Origin: Dehalococcoidia bacterium
GTDB lineage: Bacteria; Chloroflexota; Dehalococcoidia; Lucifugimonadales; VXLM01
Reading direction: 5' to 3'
DNA length: 64,000 nucleotides
NCBI GenBank assembly: GCA_963662435.1
Contig: OY759598.1
Span: 434,001-498,000 of the forward strand
Part shown: positions 37,360 to 46,942 of the stretch, piece by piece
Position numbering within the stretch: the stretch's first letter is position 1
Layout of the letters: every line of letters begins with the position of its first letter
The notes under the pieces: model-generated
The model's input: only the letters and a program-made list of their open reading frames with translations
Told to the model about the DNA's origin: nothing
The model's database searches: none
Program-made: the position numbers and the translations under genes

Positions 37360-40300
37360 GTGTCCTCACACACCCAGAACTACCCAGGAATGCCCGACGA
37401 GACTCCATTCGTCGGTCGCCGCTCCGAACTTGCAAGGATACGTTCTCATCTCGATGCCGCCATGGAGGGTTCGGGGCGAATAGCCATGCTGGCCGGAGAA
37501 CCCGGAATCGGCAAGACCCGTACCGCCCTTGAGCTTGAGCGACACGCGGTGAACCACGGCTTCCATGTCCTCTGGGGCCATAGCTACGAGGAGGTCGGAG
37601 CGCCTCCCTACTGGACATGGGTCCTGCCCATCCGCTCCTACGTCGAGAGCGCTGACCCTGTCCGCCTCCGCGATGAGATGCGAGAGGGCGCCCTGGAAAT
37701 ATCCGAGATCGTCCCCGAGGTGCGTGACCTCGTCTCCGAAAGTCCCGACATCCTCGTCGGTGAGGCCCCGGAACAGGCCCGCTTCCGACTGTTCGATGCC
37801 GTCACGAGTTTCCTCCTGAGAGCTTCCTCCCATCGCCCCTTGCTCATAGTCCTCGACAACCTCCACTGGGGCCACCACTCATCCCTCCTCCTCCTCAACT
37901 TCCTCGCCTCAGCCATCGCTGATCACCGTATCCTCATCGTCGGAACTTACCGTGACGAAGACATCACACGCGGCCATCCGCTCATCCGGGCGCTCGGAGA
38001 CCTCAATCGTCTCGACCACTTTGACCGGCTGATTCTAAGGGGCTTGACCGCAAGCGACATCGCCGACCTGATCGCCGAGACCTGCGGGGCTCACGGGCAT
38101 GGCCGCCTGGCCGAGATGATCCATCTCCACACGGAGGGTAACCCGTTCTTCGTCACCGAGTTGGTGCGGCTCCTCTACCAGGAGGGTGTGCTCGACGGGA
38201 ACGCTTCCGAGGCGGAAGCACTGCTCCGGGATCGCGTCCCTGCCGGAGTCAGGGAGGTAATCGGCAGACATCTCGACCGCCTCAGTGGACCCTGCAGCAG
38301 CGTCCTCTCCATAGCTTCCGTGATCGGCAGAGAATTCTCGCTGGAACAGCTCCTGGCGCTTCCCCAGGAGTCGTACATCGATATGCGACTCTCCGGTGAT
38401 TCCGCACAGATCATGGAAGCCGTCGACGAGGCCATTGCCTCCCGCATGATCGAGGAGGTCGACCACGCCGCCGGTCGCTTCCGTTTCGTCCACGCGCTCA
38501 TCAGGCGCACCCTCTCGGCCGAGCTGTCCACCTCGACGAAGATCCGACTCCACGCCCGGATCGCTGAGACATTCGAACGGCTCTACGCAAACGGGGCCAA
38601 TGGCCGCCTCGGCGAGCTGGTGCGACACTTCTCTGAGGCCGAGGCTCTGTTGGGTAGCGACAAGCTGATCACGTACCTCATCCTGGCCGGCGAACAGGCG
38701 CTCAGCATTTACGCCTACGAGGAAGCCCTCGGGTACTTCCGCCAGGCCCTCGCGGCAATGGGCGAGTCCGAGTCCGATCGACGCCTGGCTTCAATATTGT
38801 TCGGACTGGGCAGATCGCAGGTCGCGACCGCGCAGCGTCACGAAATGCAGGACGCCGTGGAGACCCTCACCCGCGCGTTCGACTACTACGAGAAGACCGG
38901 CGACACTGAAATGGCCCTCCAGGTCGCCGAGTACCCGGTCATGGCCACCACCGGCATCACGGGCATCACCCACCTCCTCTCCCGCGCCCTCGACATGGCG
39001 GGGCCGGACTCCCACCGCTCCGGTCGCCTGTGGGGTAGGTACATTCGAGCCGCCGCCTTGGAGCGTGGCGATTACGATGAGGCCGACGACGCCTATCGCC
39101 GCGCCGTCGAGATCGCCCGTCGCGAGAGTGACATAGCCCTGGAGGTTCACGCCTCAGCCGATGCCGGCAGCGTGGACGGCTACTACCTCGAGCTCACGCA
39201 GGGACTTGAGAAGTGCCTGCGTGCAATAGACCTCGCCGACCGCGTCCGAAGGCCGGACCTGGAGGCAACTGCCTTAAACTGGGCTGCCACCATCCTGCTC
39301 ATCACCGGCCGTCCCGTCCGGGCCCGCCACTACGCCGAGGCATGTCTTGCCAACGCGGAAAAGCTGCGCGACGGCTACCGGATCACAGGGGCAATCGACA
39401 ACCTCGAAGACCTGGCCCGCCTTGAAGGCAACTGGGACCTGGCGCGTGAACTCAGCGATCACGGACTTCGCATCACCCCGCGTGATGGACGCCTGCTGGC
39501 CTTCAGGGCAGTCTTGGAATACGACTCGGGCGCGGACGACCAGGGCAACGTCTTCCTTGAGCGACTGATCGAAGCGATTGAGGACCGGGAAATTGGCCCC
39601 ACACTGCTCAACACCTGCGCCGCCCTGTGCCTTCCGGTAATCACCGAGATCACTGGGAAAAACGCTCACGCCGACCTCGCTCGCCTGGCCGCCGAACGTG
39701 TAGTGGGATCGCCCGAAGCGACTCCGGGACTCCTTCTCTCCGCTCGAGCCGGACGCGCCCTCAACGCCCTTGCTCAGAGGGACGTCAATGCCGCCGCTAG
39801 TCTCTACGAACGCCTCCAGCCACATTCGGGGATCATGGTCTACGGCGGGGTTACGGCTGTAGATCGAATCTTGGGACTGCTGGCCGGACTGAAGGGAGAT
39901 GTCCACCGCGCCGATTCACACTTCACCACCGCCGCCAGGCTGTGCCACCAGGCAGGCTACCGGCCGGAGTACGCTTGGAACGCCTACAGCTGGGCCTCCG
40001 TCCTCTCCGGCGTCTACACCGACACGGCAGCAGGGAAGTCACCCCCAGCCGCCAACGGAACGGAACGTGCGCTGTCCCTACTCGACGAGGCCCTCGATAT
40101 CGCCCATGAGCTGGGAATGGGCCCTCTGGCTTCCAAGTCGTCCGCCCTGATCGAGTCGATGCGAAGCCGCACAACCCACGTCGTGGAGTACCCGGACGGA
40201 CTCACCCGACGAGAGGTCGAAGTGCTCCGAGTCCTCGCCCAGGGCAAGACCAACCCCCAGATCGGCGAAGAGCTCTTCATCAGCCTCAACACCGTCACCC

Positions 40301-40398
40301 GCCACCTCAGCCACATCTACGACAAGACCGGAGCCGCCAACAGGGTCGAGGCCGTCATGTACGCTTCAAAGCAGGGACTCGTAGAGAACACCCAATAG
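37360..40398 (+). CDS. MalT-like AAA ATPase/TPR/LuxR-HTH transcriptional regulator
   Basis: FVGRRSEL, GEPGIGKT, LDNLHW, TEGNPFF and a C-terminal GLTRREVEVL...GKTNPQIG..LFISLNTV. Confidence 0.9.
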   Translation: MSSHTQNYPGMPDETPFVGRRSELARIRSHLDAAMEGSGRIAMLAGEPGIGKTRTALELERHAVNHGFHVLWGHSYEEVGAPPYWTWVLPIRSYVESADPVRLRDEMREGALEISEIVPEVRDLVSESPDILVGEAPEQARFRLFDAVTSFLLRASSHRPLLIVLDNLHWGHHSSLLLLNFLASAIADHRILIVGTYRDEDITRGHPLIRALGDLNRLDHFDRLILRGLTASDIADLIAETCGAHGHGRLAEMIHLHTEGNPFFVTELVRLLYQEGVLDGNASEAEALLRDRVPAGVREVIGRHLDRLSGPCSSVLSIASVIGREFSLEQLLALPQESYIDMRLSGDSAQIMEAVDEAIASRMIEEVDHAAGRFRFVHALIRRTLSAELSTSTKIRLHARIAETFERLYANGANGRLGELVRHFSEAEALLGSDKLITYLILAGEQALSIYAYEEALGYFRQALAAMGESESDRRLASILFGLGRSQVATAQRHEMQDAVETLTRAFDYYEKTGDTEMALQVAEYPVMATTGITGITHLLSRALDMAGPDSHRSGRLWGRYIRAAALERGDYDEADDAYRRAVEIARRESDIALEVHASADAGSVDGYYLELTQGLEKCLRAIDLADRVRRPDLEATALNWAATILLITGRPVRARHYAEACLANAEKLRDGYRITGAIDNLEDLARLEGNWDLARELSDHGLRITPRDGRLLAFRAVLEYDSGADDQGNVFLERLIEAIEDREIGPTLLNTCAALCLPVITEITGKNAHADLARLAAERVVGSPEATPGLLLSARAGRALNALAQRDVNAAASLYERLQPHSGIMVYGGVTAVDRILGLLAGLKGDVHRADSHFTTAARLCHQAGYRPEYAWNAYSWASVLSGVYTDTAAGKSPPAANGTERALSLLDEALDIAHELGMGPLASKSSALIESMRSRTTHVVEYPDGLTRREVEVLRVLAQGKTNPQIGEELFISLNTVTRHLSHIYDKTGAANRVEAVMYASKQGLVENTQ

Positions 40399-40503
40399 GG
40401 CAGCGGTTCCCGATACGAGGAGTTCAGCAAGGGAAAACGAATATGCAAGATCCGTTCGCCCCTAGCCTGTCGATCGGCAACCAAAGACCAACGCCGAAAT
40501 GTC

Positions 40504-42084
40504 CTAGCTCCGCGAAGCGATAGTTGGTACGTTCAGCCCCTCAGGCCTCTCGAACTCCTTGTACCGCACCCATACCTCAACACCGTTGATGCTGCGCGTG
40601 AAGGCGGCCCGGCTCTCAAATGCCCTGCACTCGATCTCGATGACGTTCTCCCCCTGGATGACAACCGACGGATCGAGCTTCCACCGGAACCAGTGTACCG
40701 ACGAGCCCGGTGGAGCCTTGATCTCACCCCTGTGCCATCCTGGTATGCGCGGCATGTGCATCGCCCGCTCATCCGTGATCTCTGCGTCCTCTCGCGCGAG
40801 GGACTTACCGTTGATCCGGAATTCGATGTCGTCCTCGATGCAGAAATACGTGAACCTCAGGCTCAGCACGGGACGCCGTATCTCGCGCTCGGCACGTGCC
40901 GCCGCAATGTCGTCTGCGACATGTATGGAGACCGTCGTAGTCTCGCCTTCCACGAGGTCGACCGGCAGTTGCCGGTCCCCCTCCATGGCGGTCCTGGGCG
41001 CCTTCGATTCCCTCGGCTGGAGAATGTACCGCTTGTTGCGCCGCGACATCGCCTGAGGCAACGCCGCTTCCCGCAGCATCCGGTACTGCTGATCGCCAAA
41101 CGGCCACGGCAAGTATCCCAAGTAGAGCCCAGCGAAGCCTTGGACATCGAGGCTCTGGGACAGGGCGCGGTACATCTCCACGTGCGGTTCGAGCGTACGC
41201 TCGTCGTAGACCGCTCGCGGAGGCCGTATGTACGCCGCCGCTCCCGCCTCGTTCGCGGCGTCCGCCATCCACCGGGCGTCCGGCAGGTTCGTGTCCATCA
41301 GGAACTCCGCCACCTGTCCCACGACCATGTCTATGCTTCCCTCTTGGAGCCAAGCCTCGACATCCAGCCCTACCCCGAGATTGTCCTCAAGCCGGTGAAA
41401 CACCCGCGCCATTATCGGGATGTCCCGGCCCTGCCGCTTCCCGATTTCATTCACCGATTGCCGAACCCTACCCACGAACTGGTTCATGGTGGAAATGCCC
41501 GCGTCCACTTCATCCTGACGAAAGTACACCGGGCTGAACATGAAGTCGAGCTCGATGCCGTCGGCGCCGTAGCCCTCCACCATCTCCCGAATCAGCGCCA
41601 GCTTGTCATCCTGCACAAGTTGATTGGTGAAGTCGTACGCCCACCTGTCCTGGTAGTCCTCCGGCCCTCCAAGGCAGACGTCCATCCCATGCCGCCACTT
41701 GAGCCAGCCGCAGCGCTGGGTGCCCTGGGGGTTTGTCGACTGAAGTCTCAGGCTCGGGAAGAAACGCAGCCCGTTCGCCCTGGCATATGAAATTGACTCC
41801 TCGATCTGGTCGGTGCCCATCTTCGCTGCGTCCTCGACCATCCGCATGATTCGCCAGTCAATGTAGCTCTCCCACACCTCCTTGGCCTCTCCGATGGTGC
41901 GCCCGACCTTGCTCTGATGGAAGTACACGTCGCCGTAGCCCATGCCCATCACCAGCAGATCGACTCCCGTCCCGAGCACCTCGTCAACCGGCCATCGGAG
42001 CTTGCTCAGTGTCAGAGGCGGTTCGACCCGTTTCCCATGAAAGTGGTGAGCGTCGTTGTAGTAGACCAGTCGCGGAGTATCCAT
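40504..42084 (-). CDS. Hypothetical protein, glycoside-hydrolase-like TIM barrel
   Basis: YYNDA, FFPSLR, YDFT and ADGIELDF motifs resemble GH-like (DUF187-type) barrels. Confidence 0.55.
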   Translation of the reverse strand: MDTPRLVYYNDAHHFHGKRVEPPLTLSKLRWPVDEVLGTGVDLLVMGMGYGDVYFHQSKVGRTIGEAKEVWESYIDWRIMRMVEDAAKMGTDQIEESISYARANGLRFFPSLRLQSTNPQGTQRCGWLKWRHGMDVCLGGPEDYQDRWAYDFTNQLVQDDKLALIREMVEGYGADGIELDFMFSPVYFRQDEVDAGISTMNQFVGRVRQSVNEIGKRQGRDIPIMARVFHRLEDNLGVGLDVEAWLQEGSIDMVVGQVAEFLMDTNLPDARWMADAANEAGAAAYIRPPRAVYDERTLEPHVEMYRALSQSLDVQGFAGLYLGYLPWPFGDQQYRMLREAALPQAMSRRNKRYILQPRESKAPRTAMEGDRQLPVDLVEGETTTVSIHVADDIAAARAEREIRRPVLSLRFTYFCIEDDIEFRINGKSLAREDAEITDERAMHMPRIPGWHRGEIKAPPGSSVHWFRWKLDPSVVIQGENVIEIECRAFESRAAFTRSINGVEVWVRYKEFERPEGLNVPTIASRS

Positions 42085-42135
42085 TCCGGCGCCTCCTGCC
42101 CGACGTAGTGCGTGCGCCGTTAGGGTAACACTTGC

Positions 42136-42584
42136 AACTGTTCAGAGTTGGTGAGATTGCACGAATTATTCTCTCGCTGACATTCTGAGGAGCGCACCGA
42201 CGAAGAATCTACAATCTCTCCCCCGCCGGGGGCTGACAGGGGTAGGCAAAAGGGATTTGTAGCTATGATCCAGCCCCGTATCCCTGTCATTCCGAGCGAG
42301 GCGAGGAATCCAAAATCCATAACCGCAAGACCAGAAAGCCGGTGCCGCGCTTCTATAGTGACAAAGAGCGAAAACAGTGTACGACCCGCATGGTCAGCTT
42401 TTCGTTAGGACAGACACTTTAGATTCTTCGACTCCGCTGAGCTCCGCTTAGAATGACAGGTTCGGGGTTGCTTTCTGGTCAATGGAGAGTGGAGCGATAG
42501 ACAAATGCGTACCCCTGTCAGCCCGCCGGGGAAGAGATACAGAGATGGGGTCTTCACGATTCAACCCACCAAGACTGAACAGTT
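42136..42584. mobile_element. Outer MITE shell (TIR AACTGTTCAG..TTGGTG) enclosing REP modules and the 290-bp MITE
   Basis: AACTGTTCAGAGTTGGTG / CACCAAGACTGAACAGTT; the same TIR family occurs at 51890-51993. Confidence 0.65.
42232..42522. mobile_element. 291-bp MITE, copy 2, inserted in a REP-like palindrome
   Basis: TIR GCTGACAGGGGTA / TACCCCTGTCAGC; flanking direct repeat CCGCCGGGG; homologous to 7473-7762. Confidence 0.8.
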
Positions 42585-42602
42585 ACTATCACTCTCCGAC
42601 GA

Positions 42603-42632
42603 TTGACTGCCTGGAGCCTTGCCCAATATAAT
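42603..42632 (+). promoter_or_regulatory. Sigma70 promoter for rsfS
   Basis: TTGACT-18-TATAAT. Confidence 0.65.
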
Positions 42633-42652
42633 GCGCAGTCTAGCTCGGAGGT

Positions 42653-43006
42653 GTGCCTATCCTCGATCCCGCCGAAAACGCACGGTTGGCCGTCGAAGTC
42701 GCCGATGATCACATGGCGTCCGACATCACCATGTTGGATGTCCGGGAAGTGTGTGGATTTGCCGACTTCTTCGTGCTAATGACGGCTGAGTCGACTCGAC
42801 AGATCAACACCCTCGTCGAGGAGATTGAGGGTGCGCTAAAGGGTAGGGGAACCCGCATTCACCACCGTGAAGGCACCTCCGGAGGAGGCTGGGTGCTGCT
42901 CGACTTCAGCGACGTGCTCATCCACATCTTCCGCGCCGAAGACCGTGAGTTCTACAGGCTAGAAGCCGCCTGGAAAGGGGCCGTTGAAACGGTCAGGATT
43001 CAATGA
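42653..43006 (+). CDS. rsfS: Ribosome silencing factor
   Basis: DITMLDV, ADFFVL, WVLLDFSDVLIHIF and REFYRLE motifs. Confidence 0.92.
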   Translation: MPILDPAENARLAVEVADDHMASDITMLDVREVCGFADFFVLMTAESTRQINTLVEEIEGALKGRGTRIHHREGTSGGGWVLLDFSDVLIHIFRAEDREFYRLEAAWKGAVETVRIQ

Positions 43007-43445
43007 CCCAGGCGTCTAGTCCACGTTCGTAATCGACCACCTCGTCCGGCGAGAAGAACAGCCCAATCTCGCGTTCCGCCGACTCGTCCGAGTCGGAGCC
43101 GTGCACGAGGTTCATCCCAATCGTCATGCCGTAGTCGCCTCGCACCGTTCCCGGGGGAGAGTCGGCCGGGTTGGTGCTCCCCATCGTCGTGCGGACGAGT
43201 TGCACAGCGTTCTCGCCCTCCAGCACCATGGCCACTAGCGGACCCGACGTGATGAACTGCACGAGATCGGCAAAGAAGGGCTTACCTTCGTGCTCACCGT
43301 AATGCCGGTGAGCGAGCTCATCGGTGACCTGCATAAGCTTCAGTCCCGCAATCTTGAGTCCGCGCCGCTCAAGGCGTGCGATGATGTCTCCAACGAGTGC
43401 CCGTTGTACCGAGTCGGGCTTGAGTAACACGAGTGTCCTGCTCAT
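42993..43445 (-). CDS. ndk: Nucleoside-diphosphate kinase
   Basis: RTLVLLKPD, PGTVRGD and NLVHGSDS motifs. Confidence 0.97.
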   Translation of the reverse strand: MSRTLVLLKPDSVQRALVGDIIARLERRGLKIAGLKLMQVTDELAHRHYGEHEGKPFFADLVQFITSGPLVAMVLEGENAVQLVRTTMGSTNPADSPPGTVRGDYGMTIGMNLVHGSDSDESAEREIGLFFSPDEVVDYERGLDAWVIES

Positions 43446-44119
43446 TTCTTTCTTCGTTCCCTTGCTTGTTTGGCTTTTTCAAATTGCGCGCTGTGCATGT
43501 AGACGGGTTCCAACAGGTCCGGGTCGTCAGCCTTCCCCGCCAGCAGTCGCTCATGAGCGAGTTTGGCGAGCGCGGATGCAGTCCGGGTCGGCGGTGGCAT
43601 TTCGATGACGGTTGCCCGCACCCCCACGAGGTCTCTTACGGCTCCCGCCTCCTCGCCGCATACGATTGTACCTTCACCAAGCGCTCCTTCCAACATTTCT
43701 CGCTCAACGACGCGATAGTTGCCTCCTTGGGTTGACGCGCTGTCATATGTGCCGACATAGACCTTTGACCGTCCGCCTCCGATCACTGCCACCAAGGGAC
43801 CTTCCAAGCCGCGATACGGCAGGGCCTCGATGTCCAGCGCGTTGACCCCTACCAGCGGCAGGTCTCGCGCCATCGCGAGAGACTTGGCTACGGACAGTCC
43901 AACGCGCAGTGCGCTGAATCCGCCGGGCCCTACCGCCGCAAACACGGCCGTCACATCGTCCATCACAACGCCTGCGTGCTCCATGACCCGCTGAAGCGCA
44001 GGCGCCAACTCAACCGAGTGGTTTCGCTCTGAGCGCCAGGCGAGCTCGGCCAGGATGCGTCCCTCGTAGGAAACGCCCACGGAGGCATAACGGGTCGATG
44101 TGTCGATGCAGAGTTCCAC
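43442..44119 (-). CDS. tsaB: tRNA threonylcarbamoyladenosine biosynthesis protein TsaB
   Basis: LCIDTST, NHSVEL, GPGGFSALRVG and LEPVY motifs; follows tsaE. Confidence 0.9.
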   Translation of the reverse strand: MELCIDTSTRYASVGVSYEGRILAELAWRSERNHSVELAPALQRVMEHAGVVMDDVTAVFAAVGPGGFSALRVGLSVAKSLAMARDLPLVGVNALDIEALPYRGLEGPLVAVIGGGRSKVYVGTYDSASTQGGNYRVVEREMLEGALGEGTIVCGEEAGAVRDLVGVRATVIEMPPPTRTASALAKLAHERLLAGKADDPDLLEPVYMHSAQFEKAKQARERRKK

Positions 44120-44127
44120 GACCGTAC

Positions 44128-44601
44128 CTATCGACCGCCTTCCAACTGTCGCACCACTTCGAGCAGGCCTGCGTGCCTGTCTGCGGATGCGGTAAGGCTC
44201 AGGCGACGCTCGCATTCGGAGAGCATCTCGAGTCCGATATGAAGCGCATCGTCGGGAAAGATCCCTGGAACGTTGTCCGCCCACTCCACGACGGTCAAGC
44301 CGTCCCCTTCAACATACTCCTCGATTCCCAGCACTTCAGCCTGCTCCACGGTTCCGATGCGATACAGGTCCATGTGGTAGAGAGGCATTCGTCCTGGGTA
44401 CTCCGCTATGAGGACGAACGTGGGACTGCGAGCCAGGTCCTCTGATCCGAGTCCGTACAGAATTCCCTGCGTTAGACACGTCTTGCCCGTCCCTAGTTCG
44501 CCCGTCAAGAGGACCACATCGCCCTCCGATGCGCGATCTCCCACAATCCGTCCAATCGCACGCGTTTCTTCGGGACTTCTGGAGATGATCTGAGATTCCA
44601 A
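44128..44601 (-). CDS. tsaE: tRNA threonylcarbamoyladenosine biosynthesis ATPase TsaE
   Basis: GELGTGKT, SPTFVL, HMDLYR and VEWAD motifs. Confidence 0.95.
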   Translation of the reverse strand: MESQIISRSPEETRAIGRIVGDRASEGDVVLLTGELGTGKTCLTQGILYGLGSEDLARSPTFVLIAEYPGRMPLYHMDLYRIGTVEQAEVLGIEEYVEGDGLTVVEWADNVPGIFPDDALHIGLEMLSECERRLSLTASADRHAGLLEVVRQLEGGR

Positions 44602-44814
44602 TGTGATGTCTGAGGCGACTTTTCTTCGGGCCTGCCGGAATGATCTGCTCCAACGATTATACCCAGAGGAGCGCCGCCAGGCACCACATAGCCTATGGTC
44701 ACATTAGCCACAGTTGCCGGTAGAACCCTGCAATTGAACACCCTCCATATCCTTCGTTGAAGCGCCATCGACCATGTATCATTGTTTGCGGGTATCTTAA
44801 GTCAAGGGAAACAT

Positions 44815-45546
44815 TTGCGCGCGCTTATAGTCTCTGACGTGCACTCAAATCTCGAAGCCTTCAAGAGTGTTGTCACACACGCCGGTGAAGTGGAAGGCTT
44901 CGACCAGATCTGGCTATTGGGCGATCTTGTGGGCTACGGTCCTGACCCCTCCGGTTGCATCGATCTCTTACGACAGTTCGACCATGTCGCTGTTGCGGGA
45001 AACCACGACCTGGCTGCCGTTGGAAAAATCGGCCTCGAACGTTTCAACATGCACGCAGCCAGCGCGGCCAAATGGACGACAGGACAGTTGTCTGAAAAGG
45101 ACGCCGCTTTCCTTGCCGAACTACCGGTCCGCTGCGAGGCGCACGACTTTACCCTCGTACACGGCAGCCCGCGAGACCCCGTTTGGGAATACGTCCTCAG
45201 CGCATCTGTAGCCTCCGACAGCTTCTCCCGCTTCGAAACCAAACGCTGCCTGGTTGGGCACTCTCACATTCCGTTCATCTGCATTCCGAAGGGAAAGAGC
45301 GCACAGTTCTTCGATTTCCCCGTAGACCTACTCGTTGAACTTGGAGATGATCGCGTGATCATCAACCCCGGAAGCGTGGGACAACCGAGAGACGGCCTCC
45401 CCACCGCGAGCTACGCGATATTCGATTCGGAGCAGCAGGCTGTCACCCACTACCGCACCGAGTACGATATCGACGCCACCCAGCGACGCATGGTCGAACA
45501 CGACCTTCCCCAATACCTCATCGATCGGCTGCCGCGCGGACGATAG
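44815..45546 (+). CDS. Metallophosphoesterase
   Basis: SDVHSN, GDLVGYG, GNHD, HGSP, GHSH and NPGSVGQPRD motifs. Confidence 0.9.
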   Translation: MRALIVSDVHSNLEAFKSVVTHAGEVEGFDQIWLLGDLVGYGPDPSGCIDLLRQFDHVAVAGNHDLAAVGKIGLERFNMHAASAAKWTTGQLSEKDAAFLAELPVRCEAHDFTLVHGSPRDPVWEYVLSASVASDSFSRFETKRCLVGHSHIPFICIPKGKSAQFFDFPVDLLVELGDDRVIINPGSVGQPRDGLPTASYAIFDSEQQAVTHYRTEYDIDATQRRMVEHDLPQYLIDRLPRGR

Positions 45547-45601
45547 CGAGGCGCCGCGCCTAAAGTCATGAAGTACCTGAGAATCTCTCCCCGGAGGCAA
45601 T

Positions 45602-46288
45602 GTGGAAGCAAAGCAATTTGAAAGCAGCACCCTGCGTGCTCTGATAGTCGAGCCGGACGACTACGATCCGAGTAAAGAATATTCGCTCATCGTCCTCATG
45701 CACGGCTACGGGTCAAACATGGCGGACCTTGCTGGTCTCACTCCCGCCATCAACCGAACAGACTTCCTGTACGCGTGTCCCAACGCACCCACCGCATTTG
45801 ATCTAGGAATGGGGCAGACCGGCTACGCTTGGGCCAACCTCTACGGAAATACCTACGACCAGGAAGCCCTGGCTTCCGAAGACAAATTCATGACTTTCCT
45901 CGAAGAAGTGGAGGCGACCTATCCCATGCGGCAGGATAAGCTCATCTTGGGTGGATTCTCACAGGGCGGGATGATGGCGTATCAAATAGGGTTGCCCCTC
46001 CCGGACCGCTTTGCCGGCGTCTTCGCCCTGAGCTCAACAGTGAAGAGCCCGGACCTTATTCGCCCTCGTCTGCCGGAGAGACGCGATCAGCCCATCTTCG
46101 TCGCCCACGGCACAATCGACATGATAGCCCCGATTCAAGCGGGCAGGGGATCGATCGATCTTCTACGGAAGTGGGGCTTCTCGCCCGAATACCACGAATA
46201 CGAGGGCATGGCCCACGAGATCCATCAGGAGGTCATCGACGACTTCGTCCACTGGCTGGACCGCCTGGTGCAGCCGAAACCTGACTAA
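45602..46288 (+). CDS. Phospholipase/carboxylesterase (alpha/beta hydrolase)
   Basis: MHGYGS, GFSQGG, HGTID and MAHEI motifs. Confidence 0.9.
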   Translation: MEAKQFESSTLRALIVEPDDYDPSKEYSLIVLMHGYGSNMADLAGLTPAINRTDFLYACPNAPTAFDLGMGQTGYAWANLYGNTYDQEALASEDKFMTFLEEVEATYPMRQDKLILGGFSQGGMMAYQIGLPLPDRFAGVFALSSTVKSPDLIRPRLPERRDQPIFVAHGTIDMIAPIQAGRGSIDLLRKWGFSPEYHEYEGMAHEIHQEVIDDFVHWLDRLVQPKPD

Positions 46289-46932
46289 CTTTGGTCTTCC
46301 GCTTCATCCCCGGTCGGGGCTGGTGCCGTCTGCATCTGTGCCTCGACCCACCGACGGTACTCGTCCAAGGTCGGAGGTGAGACATAGAAGACCTGCACGT
46401 CGACCGGGAATTGTACCCGTTGGTCTTGCCCGATGAAGAGCGCTCCTACCTCATTTTCGCCGAGGGTCGTATCGATCCTATTTGCAATATGCTCGTACCG
46501 GAGCTGTGTCGATTCCTGGTAGCCGTCAGTCGCCAGCTTGAGCACCTTTTCGCTCATGAGACCCATCGTGAGACAACGCTGCCAGTCTGTGCTTTCCTCC
46601 AGCAGGGCGCGGTCTTCGGTCGCCTCCATTGTCGCGCCCGAACGGCACAGCGTCCGCACGAATCCGCTCACCGCCGGGTTCATGTCGTCCAGGGCCCTTA
46701 GTCCCCCGTCGTCACTGGAGTCTATCGCTTCGTGGTAAACGTGCTTGATGCCTCCGAGCCGCCGTTCCATGTTCTCGATGTGGTCCCGGACCTCCGACCA
46801 ATATCGGTCCACGATCTTCTGCCCCTCTTCGGGCAGTCCCGGAAAGCCGACGATCAGAGGCACGAGCAGGAGTTTTCGGTCTTCCCGGAACCGTTCGGCC
46901 TCCGGTTTGGGCATCTGTCCGATGGTGGTCAT
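46285..46932 (-). CDS. Hypothetical protein, last gene of the fdh operon
   Basis: 215-aa ORF starting 10 nt after the fdh alpha stop; VYHE and ATED motifs. Confidence 0.7.
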   Translation of the reverse strand: MTTIGQMPKPEAERFREDRKLLLVPLIVGFPGLPEEGQKIVDRYWSEVRDHIENMERRLGGIKHVYHEAIDSSDDGGLRALDDMNPAVSGFVRTLCRSGATMEATEDRALLEESTDWQRCLTMGLMSEKVLKLATDGYQESTQLRYEHIANRIDTTLGENEVGALFIGQDQRVQFPVDVQVFYVSPPTLDEYRRWVEAQMQTAPAPTGDEAEDQS

Positions 46933-46942
46933 GCCAGTCTAG

